Made by a program: the position numbers and the translations under genes | DNA from: Octopus sinensis | Lineage: Eukaryota | Direction of reading: 5' to 3' | DNA: 64,000 nucleotides | NCBI RefSeq assembly: GCF_006345805.1 | Contig: NC_042997.1 | Span: 70,990,001 to 71,054,000, forward strand | The notes under the pieces: generated by a model | Seen by the model: only the letters and a program-made list of their open reading frames with translations | Databases searched by the model: none | What the model was told of the DNA's origin: nothing | Part shown: in pieces, positions 1-11,146 of the stretch | Numbering within the stretch: the first letter of the stretch is position 1 | Layout of the letters: the number at the start of each line of letters is the position of its first letter

Positions 1-404
1 ATATGTGTGTGTGTCTGTATGTGTGTATGCATTTCTGCTTACGTTTTTGTAGTGTCACTTCATGTCCTGTAACTTAGACTTTTTAAAAAGAAAATTGATA
101 AAATGATAAGCAGATTTAATTACTCGGTCGATGTGATTGACTAAAACACTTGTAGATAGTATCACATCATTCCCGTTTGTGAGCATGTGATTGAAGCGTG
201 TTCTTTTTGGAACCAGTAAAAGAATGAAAACAACAAGAACCAGCTGCAATTACTGGTTCACTAACAGTAAAAATCCGTGAAAGGATACCATATTTGGTAG
301 CATTAAAGCCGCATTCATGTTAGACACACTCCGATTTCAGCAGCGCATATTGAGGGAAAAAAAGGTTTTATCGCATTAAAGCATATAACAGAGAACCAAC
401 TGAA

Positions 405-616
405 AGTAGCGAAATGGGAGAATCGTTAGCACCCGAGCAAAGTGCTTAGCGGTATTTCGTCCGTCTTTACGTTCTGAGTTCACATTCCACCGCATTTGAC
501 TTTGCTTTCCAGCCTTTCAGGGTCGATAAAATAAGTACCAACTGAGCACTGGAATTGATGTTATTGATTTGACCCCCTCTCCATTAATTGCTAGCCTTGT
601 TTCAAAATTTGAAACC
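405..616 (+). mobile_element. tRNA-derived SINE, family A (octopus-type), decayed
   Basis: Matches other window copies (3692-3832, 7605-7712, 60542-60738): gaatcgttagcac...gcttagcggtatttcgtccgtctttacgttctgagttc...gggtcgataaaataagtacc...aaaatttgaaacc. Confidence 0.85.
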
Positions 617-1727
617 GGTGGCATATAGGCTCAAATTGGCAATATTTTTGAGACATTTTGAGAGAAAATGTGCATTTCATATGCTATCTAATATGGTAAC
701 TAAATATCGTATTTTTGTGTTTCCGATACACCAATGACTAATCAATACTAACTTCATCGATACAGAATAAGGAGTGATAGAGATGAACTTGATGGAATTT
801 GAACGGACATAACTTATGGTATTTTGTTGATTGCTGCCTTGATTCTGGAAATCCACTGCTATTCATGGACTAAATATTGTGTAAATTATTTATGCTCATA
901 AAAACAATACTGAAGTGATAGATGAGAACGAGGATTAAAAGGAAAATGTAAATTACGCTAGAATAGTTGTTGGAAAGAGGAAAAAGGAAGAATAGTGGCA
1001 TCAGTTGTAGGAAAGAAGTGAAGATAAAGTAAAAATGGTGTTAATTTCTAGATCCAGTATTAGGAAATGCAACAACAAATATGGATAATATGGGAAATAC
1101 AATAGCTAAAATTGGACGAAATATTAGGGCTATAAAGTATTCTAATTAAGTAAAAGAAAATGCATTAAATCTAACAAAAATGTAGAATATAAAAAGAAAA
1201 CGTGAAATTCTAACAGAAGGAACTTTAACAAAAGAACGACTGAAAGGAAAAGAAAGAACGAAAAACTAAAGAAAGAAAATAAAGAAAGAGAGAACGAAAG
1301 AAAGAACGAACGAAATGAATGGAACAGAAAGACTTATGTAGCTTGCTATCAGAGAAATTGTAAAAAATTTGTATAGAAATTATTTCTTTTCATTAGATTA
1401 TCAATAGTCACTAGTTGTAAAAATATAGTTCTCTACTAATACGGAATCAATTCAACGTCCACAAAAAATAAAAATAAAACAGTTATATTTTTTTATACTG
1501 TCTTCATATCGCCCTCACTCATCTCACTCCAATTAGTTTTCAGCAAAAAAAGCGTACGTCAAATAAAGCTATTAGCGTGCATCTGATTACTTTTCGGCTT
1601 GAAAATATGTATCGTGGAGGGGGAGTTCAAAAATAGAACTTTTTTAGTCATGACAGGCTACAAAATTATGAGTTATTGAATATATGTGCGTGAGGGGGGC
1701 AAAATTTATTCAATTAATTTACATGGT

Positions 1728-1860
1728 GCGTTGGCAGAAGAGATAGAGCACCAAGCAAAATATTTTGCAGAATTTGACTCTGTTCAAACCTTGCCATGTT
1801 AACTTTGTCTTTCATTCTGCCAAAGTCGATTGAAAAAGTATATGTTAAGTACTGGGTGTT
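1728..1860 (+). mobile_element. SINE family A, highly decayed
   Basis: ttggcagaag...agcacc...ttcaaaccttgccatgttaactttgtctttcatt...aagtactggg follows the family A order at low identity. Confidence 0.5.
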
Positions 1861-2980
1861 CTTCTGAATACGGTAACACCATTATGTCTATACAGCACTA
1901 CGACTGAAACCAGTAACAGGATCAGAATACTAATTCTGAAATGCACTGAGCATCAAAGCAAGAACCTACTTGGTGCATACACTGTGGTTTATTTTTAACA
2001 ATAATTATTGTCACCTGCTCACATATTAAGCTAATCAAACTGTTTTCTTTTGATATCAAAAACCACATTGCTTGAGAGTATAATGAGAATGGTTTCAGAA
2101 CCTTCTATGAAATATCCGAACCCTATAGGGTCCTTCATAACCAACAAATCATGGCAACCATGAGTATTTGGGGGCAGATAAGAACAATGCTAATAATAAA
2201 GGTATGTTTATTTCCTATACTTAGGAATCTTTAAAAAATCTCTGATCAGAAATAATCTAATTAGAGAAGACAAGAAGATTATTATTATGAAGTTGCATTT
2301 ATTAACGGTATCGTATACATTATGTGCACCATGTAAAAATGGGCTTCCAAAAAATAAATATCAGTTCTAAGTAGGTATAAAATTCTATTATTTTCTGAAC
2401 CGCATGATTTTATCGGACTTTAGTAAAGATCTATGTTCTCATGCATAGATAATGTACGGAATTGTGAAGATTTATTTTTCTGTATGAGGTTATTATCGGT
2501 TGTACATAAACCACATACTCTGCATTGCTAAAAGACACTCAGATATAAAAAATAGCACCATGCTATTTTTGGCATATGTTCGAAAGAAGTTTAATTGAAA
2601 TCGTTCTCACTATTCTGGTTCGTACATAAACAGGGTGTAGCAAACGTATACATACATTTATATAATCACATTGATATAAGTATTCAGATCGACATGAAAA
2701 TATACTTTCTGATCTAGATATAAAGATCCACTCTGTCGTAAGCATGCAGGTTCGTACGAAATAATAGCTCTGAAAGTACAGGTTTATCAATATTTACATG
2801 TACAGGCATATATCTACATAGATTTTCCCATCTGTAAAGTTTTATTTACTTCAGAATATGCGCACACAAGTATATAGAGCTTATACTTGATCCGGGAGAT
2901 AAACTAACTTTTACAGCTAAACCAAGCAGATTACGCAGGTATCATGCGTGTATCACAAACACATATAAATAATAAATCAC

Positions 2981-3030
<50 letters not shown>

Positions 3031-3544
3031 TTTTATATATGTACAGACTGTGTGTGTTTGTGTGTATGTATGGGGTGGGGTACGCCTGTCTGTATACACA
3101 GAAGTTTGCACACACTCGCACTTATATAAACAGTAAGCAAAGATCACAAATGACTGCTACTCCTAAAATGTATAATCTGCATCATGATCATGCTTTCGGA
3201 GACGAAACCAGCTCTCCATTAAGATAATCTAAAGGACAAGAGAAAAACAAAACATGACATTTAACGGGTCTTGAGTTTTTTTAAAATCCAGCTTAATTAC
3301 AAGTAACTAAGGAAAGTGCGCGGGAGTATAGAAAGTAATTAAGAAATTGGGCAAACGAACTGTAACTCCAGCTGTAATTGATAGACCCATAGCTCTATCC
3401 CCAATATACAATTGAGAGTTAGAAAACTCATCATCTTGTATCGGCAAAGATTTGTTAATGGAGATGTTTTGGATGGGTTGGCATGGTAGAGTTCACTTGG
3501 TTGGCTGAAATATTGTGGAAAAAAATATAAAGCCTATCCTCCTG

Positions 3545-3690
3545 CCAGTTATGTTTATCTTTTCTCGTCAGTGGGCGATGGCAGCCGATATTTGAGAGTT
3601 TGAAGTTGCACATTGAATACGTTTCTATCTCTATTTGGTGATTTATTTTATGCTGATGATAGTGACATAGTGTTTCCCATGGAGAAAAAT
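3545..3690 (+). mobile_element. Decayed LINE reverse-transcriptase fragment (RTE-like)
   Basis: DLFYADDSDIV at 3640-3672 in ORF 3613-3888 is the YADD catalytic motif of non-LTR RTs. Sequence at 3960-4200 may continue the relic, but this is not certain. Confidence 0.45.
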
Positions 3691-3691
3691 A

Positions 3692-3832
3692 TTCTTTTCT
3701 ACTTTAGGCACAAGGCTCGAAAGGATGAAAGGCAAAGTCGACCTCGGCGGAATTTGAACTCAGAATGTAAAGATAGACGAAGTACTGCTAAGCATTTCGC
3801 CCGGCGTGCTAACGTTTCTGCAGCTCACCGCC
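3692..3832 (-). mobile_element. SINE family A, internally deleted
   Basis: Reverse complement of family A head: gcaaagtcgacctcggcggaatttgaactcagaa...gctaagcatttcgcccggcgtgctaacg...ctcaccgcc, joined to the tail ttctactttaggcacaaggc. Confidence 0.9.
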
Positions 3833-4205
3833 TTCCAGGTAGAAAATATTCAGAAAACAATGAGCCACTTCACCAGTGCTACTTTTAACCTGAAGAAAAC
3901 TAAAGTGATTTATACCTCTGTTCCAGATAAGTCGTGTGAGAAGCGTAATATACTTTTTCAAGGGTCCGGACTTAATCTAATGTAATCTGTTGCGAACCTC
4001 AGTTTCCATTCCCAGGATTGGATACTAAGAAAAATTAAACTGCAATTAGACACTCGAAGAACGACTTTGGTTAGGGAGGGGGCTGAACATTCCAGTAACC
4101 CTTGCATCATATTCCTGGAATAGTCTTCTGCGACATGGGCGTCATGTCGATAGCCCCAAAAAAGAAATACTCGAACGATTCCACCAGAATGTTTGATAAT
4201 CAATA

Positions 4206-4694
4206 TCTATAAATCTGAAATGCGAAAAGTTTGTTTGTCTGGTTTTGGCATTGGAACGGGTTAAAAGGCACTAGAACCCGTCGGTTTGACTCCAAAATTT
4301 ACAGGGACATGTGAGGATGCGAGTGGGCTAGGTGTCGTTACTAGGGCAAAAAACGCACACTTTGACAAGTCTTCTTTCATTCTCTTATGTGCCTTTCTTC
4401 CTCCCTCTCTCTCTCTTTCTTTCACTTTCTCTCTATAACGTCGCTTGACAGCGTCTACTATATTTTCCCCGCCGACTTCGCCAGCGCTGTCACTCTCTCT
4501 GTATATATATACGTCTGTCTGCATTCATAGAGAGAATTATCATCGCCACCACCACACACAATAATGAGAACAAATATTATGAATCAGATATTTATTGGGT
4601 TAATTTATATATATGTGTGTGCTTGTATCTAAATATAAATTTGTATATATAATGTATATATACAAAGTGTATATATCTGTATTTATATATATAT

Positions 4695-4728
<34 letters not shown>

Positions 4729-6096
4729 ATTTGTATACATTTGTATATATAATGCGTACACACACACATATATATAATGCGTATATATGTACATATATAT
4801 ATATTTAATGCGTATATATAATGTGTATATATATATATTATGTGTGCATTATGTGGTCGGTTGAGCTGAAAATATGCACACCCATGTTAAAAGTGCTGGC
4901 GAGTTTGCATGGCAACAATTTTTTTCCTCAAATGAAAGGCGTAACCTCTAGGACAACATTCCTCATCTTTTAAAATGTGGCCCGATTACACCCGAATGAA
5001 ATCGGTTTATATTAACCAAACAAGTAAAACAATGAAACACTATGCCGTTTTAATCCCAAGTAAGGTCGAGTATCTCTGTAGGTCTACTACATATTTGCGA
5101 AAAGGGCAGACGTTGTCTCACAAGCAGTTATACAGGCAAAAGTGTTAGTAAATATGGTAGGATTCAGTTGGAAATTTGCACACCTATGTTAAAAGTCCTG
5201 GCAAGTTTGCATGGTAACTTTGAGTTTGCTCAATTGAAAGGTGTGGCCTCTAGGGCAAAATTACTCATCTTTAAAGTGTGACCCGCGTAGACCCGAATGA
5301 AATCGAGTTATAATACCGAAACAAATAAAACAATGATAAACTATTTTAATCCCGAGCAAGTCCGGGTTTCTTTGCTATCTATATATATAAATGAGGCTTT
5401 GGGTCAAAATTGTTTACACGTTTTACTACGTCAGAGGTTGGCGGCCACACCAGTGGTCAGATCGAGCCAAAAATTGACGCAGGCATAGAAGGCGTGATGA
5501 GTTGAGTAGGTTAAAACTCACCATCTGGAAAGATGCGGTTGCTATGGTGAGAAGATTCAAGGGGGCTCTAAGCCCCTCCAGATTGGCGCGATTGGCATCT
5601 AATTCTATCAGTAAAATGAAGAAGGCGAACGTTGATACAAATTGGATTTTTGTGTAAAAAGGGGCCTAAATAGGGCTGGAAGGGGATTCAAATTTACAGG
5701 AAGGGTAACTTGAGGGGGGAAATTGATTGGGAGACGTTTTGTGGCGCTACAGTGGTTGCTTTGGTGTGAAAACTGGGATTTTATTGATTTGGGGGGGGGG
5801 GACACTTGCTGGTCTAGATAGGACACCTTTTGCCCGATTTCAATCAAATTTTCAACATGGTAAAGTGGAAGCAGATTTGTAATTTAAACGCGGAAATCTA
5901 ATTTTTTTTATAAATGACAGAGAGATAGATAGAGAAAGATAAAGAGTAAGAGAAAGCGAGGGAAAGTCCGAAAGGAAGAGTAAGAGAGTGGGAAAATGAA
6001 AAACGATAGAGAAACAAAGAGGGAGAATGTGGCAATAAGAAACAGAAAGTAACAACCACAACCTCAGCCGCGCGTAGAGCGGGTCACCTTATCTAG
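4206..6096 (+). mobile_element. Non-autonomous Helitron-like composite with several 3' termini
   Basis: A|TC starts at 4206 (tctataaatctgaaatg) and 5378 (tctatatatataaatg). 3' hairpin ccgcgcgtagagcgg (6068-6082) lies 10 nt before CTAG|T (6093-6097). Similar hairpin plus degenerate CTAG ends occur at 5351-5377 and 5055-5081. Confidence 0.6.
4863..5385. repeat. Diverged direct repeat, period ~302 bp
   Basis: tgcacacccatgttaaaagtgctggcgagtttgcatgg (4875) vs tgcacacctatgttaaaagtcctggcaagtttgcatgg (5177). Alignment continues through acccgaatgaaatcg and ttttaatccc in both units. Confidence 0.85.
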
Positions 6097-6790
6097 TATA
6101 TATTAATTTCAGAAAACCCTTACATCTAATACAGGAGATCTGAAAAGGACTAGTTCTCTCTGTTTGGAAACTTGTTTCATCGAGTAGCATATGCAAAGAG
6201 CTTGTCATATCATCCACCCTGATGATCTCTGGCTTCCAATGTTGTTACACTGTGATGAATTTGTTCTCAGTAACTGTTCCCAGTATGAATTGAAAATGAA
6301 TTTCATGACCACTTAAAACATACCACTTATTTTATTTTCGAATCCGTAAAATATTTAATTACAAAAAGCTGACACTTCCGATTCATACGTTAAAAAAAAA
6401 ACTGATGTAAATTTAAACCTTTACATTGTCAAAGCAAGAGATTAAATAAAGTAGAAAAAAATCTTTTAGTATTGGTACATCCACTTTAAGTATTGGTACA
6501 TCAAAACAACTTCCTATACCTCCATACATCCTTTTTGTGAAGCACAATAAACAATCCCATGACCTGGAGCGGACAGTCCAAATACATACACACCTGTTTA
6601 AAAAGATCTATAAGTATAAATAAATTCTAAACAATAACATAACCCCAAATTTAATCACTAAAAATTTCTCTAAACCATATATCCATCAAAACCCACCCCA
6701 CAACCTAAACTCCACTCCACTTGAACGCACATAACCAGGAAATATATTCACTAAACAGAAACTATATAAGCCAAGATTAATTTGAATGCA

Positions 6791-6865
6791 TCACAATCTG
6801 ACGTGGATTACCAAGTCGAAACTTTGAAGTCACTGGCAAACATATTCTTGTTTAAGAATAATAAA
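6791..6865 (+). ncRNA. Decayed minimal type I hammerhead-like motif (probable PLE terminal-repeat relic)
   Basis: CTGACG(T) 6798-6804, short stem II, GAAAC 6818-6822, stem III actt/aagt, GTC 6829-6831, AATAAA at 6860. Core position A9 and stem I are mutated. Confidence 0.4.
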
Positions 6866-6993
6866 GTTTTACTCTATAAAAGTGTTGAGTAACCCTTCAG
6901 ATTATTGTAAAATTGTCTTTATCATAACTCAATATAAAAACAAACATTAATATATATGTGCATTTATCTATCTATTATTTGTCTATCTATATA

Positions 6994-7385
6994 CACGGTG
7001 CCCCAGAAAGATGTTTAAAACTCTTCCTGACGAATAAATACTATTTACATATTAAATAAAGTTTTGCATATTTATTTCGCTCATGTGTCTGTTGTTTCGT
7101 TCGTCAATAACCGGTTTGTAAACAAACAGGGCATCGAAAGCAAAACGTGTTAAGATTGTTGCTTTGAAAACAACTGGAGTGAGCAACAAGGACATGACGA
7201 AACAATTGAATGTGTACGTAAAACGATATATGGAGTCCACTACTACATCTAGCAAGCCAATTCTTGGTAGGAAACGATCAATTCGTACCAAACAAACCAT
7301 TGAAGCTGCGAGAAAGTGAATGATCCGAAATCCCCACAGGATTGCATGAAAAACTGCAAATGCTTTTGATATTTCGAAATTATCA
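6994..7385 (+). mobile_element. 5' part of an IS630-Tc1-mariner DNA transposon (maT/Tc1-like N-terminus)
   Basis: TA|CACGGTGCCCCAG start. Decayed translation ASKAKRVKIVALK...GRKRSIRTKQTIEAARK*MIRNPHR resembles the paired-like HTH with a GRPR-type linker. Cut off by a SINE at ~7387. Confidence 0.6.
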
Positions 7386-7386
7386 A

Positions 7387-7596
7387 GTGATAGTGGGGGA
7401 CAAACACAGCCACACAAACATATATATATATATACGACGGGCTTCTTCCAGTTTCCGTCTACCAAATCCACTCACAAGGTTTTGGTCAGCCCGAGGCTAT
7501 AATAGATGTCACTTGCCCAAAGTGCCACGCAATGGGATTAAACCCGGAACCATGTGGTTGGTAAGCAAGCTACTTACCACACAGCACTCCTGCGCC
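7387..7596 (-). mobile_element. tRNA-derived CORE-like SINE, family B, 5' half
   Basis: Reverse complement of ggcgcaggagtg-ctgtgtggtaagtagcttgcttaccaaccacatggttccggg...gcactttgggcaagtg..., also found at 38558, 44044, 47626 and 58290. Confidence 0.92.
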
Positions 7597-7604
7597 TATA
7601 AAAA

Positions 7605-7712
7605 GTAAAGTCGACCTCGGCGGAATTTGAACTAAAAACGTAAAGACGGACGAAATATTGTCACACATTCTGCCCGGCGTGCCATCGATTCTGCCATCGA
7701 TTCTGCCATCTC
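7605..7712 (-). mobile_element. SINE family A head with a 12 bp internal tandem duplication
   Basis: aaagtcgacctcggcggaatttgaac...cccggcgtgccatcgattctgccatcgattctgccatc; the unit gccatcgattct is duplicated. Confidence 0.85.
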
Positions 7713-10700
7713 ACATATATAATAATATTAATAATTATATAAATAAATATATAATTATATTAAAGGGATCATATATTTAAGGATTTAAGGATCAGGAAAT
7801 AACCTTCTCCAACATGCTAAAATAAGACCCCAAAGGCGCTAAAAAGCCAGTTATATCTCCTACAAAAATAAGGGTCGTGAGTGAGAAAATAAAAAATACA
7901 AAATAAAACTTCACAGTAAATTGTGTATTGGGTGCAATTTCGGATTTTTCCGACAATAGATGTGTTTAAGTCTTTACTACAGGGAACATTTCTAACATAG
8001 ATCTTTGACTTGTTGCTTATGCACCCTGACCCAGTGTATTAACTGTCATCCTGTTTGGACGATGTGATTCTCATTGCATTGTGAACTTGTGATACAGTAA
8101 ATGCGATTTTATTTTTGCTTTGCAATTCATATTTGTATTAACATTCAATTCCTCCCCATTAAATTTTGAGATATATCCTATTCAATCAGTTCAAATGACA
8201 CAAAATGAGAGTATTTATATTTTTGTTACCCCCATTATTTGGCGGTTGTCAAATAATCGGTGAAACCATAATTATTTTTCTTAAGTTTAATGATTGATGT
8301 ACGATTGGGAGGTATCGTTTGGCCCATTGTAAGAAAAAAAAAGCTCCTTGTTTATGAAACAGAATTTTGAGCCGACATAATTTTCTTTTCCCTATATCCC
8401 ACACATATCTGTGTGTGTGTGTATGAAGAGGGAGAGGGAAATAGAAAGGCAAAGAGAAGTGCAAGAGAGAAAGAGAAGATAGAAAGTGAGTGTTGGTATG
8501 GGGTTGGTTTACCCTATATCAATATACCAGTCGTCTTTAAAATGATTTCAGGCAGTACGATTAAAGGAAATTAGATTCTCGCTTATATTCTGCTCAAATT
8601 GCGGATATGCGATTAGCAATGAACGAGCAAACGTCAACGCCGTGGCTTGTAATGTTAAACATAGCAACTAAAATGTTCCTCAAATATCACCTCATTTATT
8701 TTGAAGAACACATGTAATCTTTCATAAATTTTCTGATTAAAGACTGCACGGTCACAGTTAGAACACCTTTCCTCACAGGACTGCTCGATCAGAAGTAACT
8801 CAGTGTACATGACTGCAACAGTAGGTGGAAGCCTCTACGCGGTCGCTTTATATGCTAGAATTAGAGGCTAAAACACACTAGTGATTTCCATAAATCAAAA
8901 AAAGCTAATCAGAATCACACATTGAATAATGTAGACCTAGAAACAACCTAAAATGCAGCATGATGCTACCAGTTTAAAGTGATTTTCATCATTGGTCTCT
9001 TTCATCAGAGTTGAGTTAAGACTAATTAACAACTACATCCATGACGACAACAACGGCGACGATGACGACAACTAGGACGACGATGACGATAAATGCCATA
9101 CACAAGCTAATCAAAATGTTTGGCCTTAAAATTCAATTGAGAATCTGAACAACTGCCAACAGCCTAATTAAATTTGCAGAATACCAAAACAGCTTTATTT
9201 TTTACATGGTATTCATTTTTATTGTTTCTTTGCTTTGTTCTTTCCTTTATAAATCTGTTTCTCTCTTTCCTTTCTCCTATTAATCTTCTTTTCTTCAAAA
9301 TGGTGTATATTCATTACGTTTAATTGATTAGCTTCTGTTGTCGATCGTCTATCTGTACGTATGTCTATCTTTAGTCTCTTTCTATCTATCTCTCCTTCTG
9401 TCCCTCCCCCCCGCCTTTCTTTCTCTGTCTCTCTCTGTATTCATACATATATGTATGCATATATACATGCATACATACATTCATACAAACATACGTACAC
9501 TGTGGCATGTTCGTATATATCCCTCTATGCACCAGTTTCTCCTGTTTTGAACTATAATGCAAAACATATATCATGACATTTTTCATTTCTTACTACATCA
9601 TCTACATTTCATCCTCCTCCTCCTCCTCCTCATCATCATCATCATCATCACCATCATCATCATATGTTTCTTAACATAAGCCATCCATTTACCTTTCAAA
9701 AGTTGCTTTCCCCTTTGCTACGCTTCTTTCTATTTATGATATCCGGGATGATAGGACCTTCGATAGAAGTTCATACAACTTACTATGTAGTATTTTCGTA
9801 TGGCCCTTTATACACTGAATTTAAACTCCGCTCATTCACTTTGCCCGACTGGAGGGATTTGGGAGCACCTCAAAGCCCCCCAGTTTGGCAAGAAGCCAAC
9901 ATTTTCGTTCCCCTGACAACTCTACATAGCATCTCTAGGTCTTCGGCTTTACTTATATACTGACCCGTCCACCACTCACTTCCAAAGGGACTAGGAGTTT
10001 CCTCAAGACCTACATGTCTCTTGGTCTAAGCTCCCAATTTCACTTCTATCAGGCATTTCCGCATACCTGCTACGGAATTACATATCTATTCACTTTATTT
10101 ATCTATCCACCTGCATCCTGTTACCAAGAAGCACTCAGCCTTTTCCCTTAATACATAACACCCGTCCACCAACTCTATGTTTATACTCACACACATATTA
10201 CAGATAACCAAGCTCAGCTTTCATACACACACAATCAAACCTATATCTGGTCACCACTACACACACATTCTCACCTTCCACTGAAGCATGAATGGACACA
10301 CGTATACAGGCACCTCTATTTACTTACCATCTTGAATCTTTGAAAGACACACACCTGCAACATTTCCTAGTGCCTTCCACCTTGATCTTAGCATCCCATG
10401 TGCTTCATCACTATATTTACTCCCAAAAACGTGCCTCACGTCTTTACAAACACACTAATGCACTACACACCTAATTTCACATACTCCTACGCCTCCCAAC
10501 CACTAACTAACGCCAGAAACAAACGCGCATCTATACGTATACATACATACATATCGCTTCTAGATAGAGATACATTCTAATACATACGTCCACATTTCTG
10601 CTTCTCTCCGTTGAACATCGTTACTTCTAGCTTCTAACACTTCGATTCTTTCTAATGTCGTTCGTTTTTCCATTTTATATACATGCGGCGCTTTTCTTGC

Positions 10701-11146
10701 TCAAACTCCCTACGGTTATCGTTTTCTGTATAATCTGCTGATGAAGCACCCGACAAAAAAAAAAAGAACGATGGATAGTTAACCATGTATACAATGAAGT
10801 GGTTGATTTATGATGTTGTACACACACACGCGCTACATTGAAGCACTCCCCCAGAAACACAGGAATAAATTCAAACAGTAAATACTCAATAAAATAAACA
10901 AATCCCACAACATGTGCAATAGAAGTCTGATACACAATACAACACAACACGGACTGCGAAGACAACACACAATACAAAAACTAATACAACAGAAGACTCA
11001 AACCAAATCCCCTAAAAAGTATACTGATGCAATACAATATTTCCCTAAAGATAAACAAAAATGCAGCGCACACCTCACCACCACAAAACTGAAGCAAGTA
11101 ATGCAATAGAAAGTCGAATAATAGTAAAAGTCGAATTATAATATTA

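Noticed and set aside
2099-2201. Possible exon (tttcag acceptor, AAG|gtatgt donor, one open frame)
   Set aside because: The peptide is not recognisable, the pyrimidine tract is weak and no partner exons were found. It needs RNA-seq.
8590-9040. Two possibly related, very decayed SINE-like units
   Set aside because: Similarity is too low to support by eye.
9700-9960. Possible L1/Tx1-type LINE relic on the minus strand (KLGG motif)
   Set aside because: Only a 4-residue motif with no continuous frame.
10738-10760. CTGATGA resembling a hammerhead core
   Set aside because: No GAAA, stem III or NUH follows.
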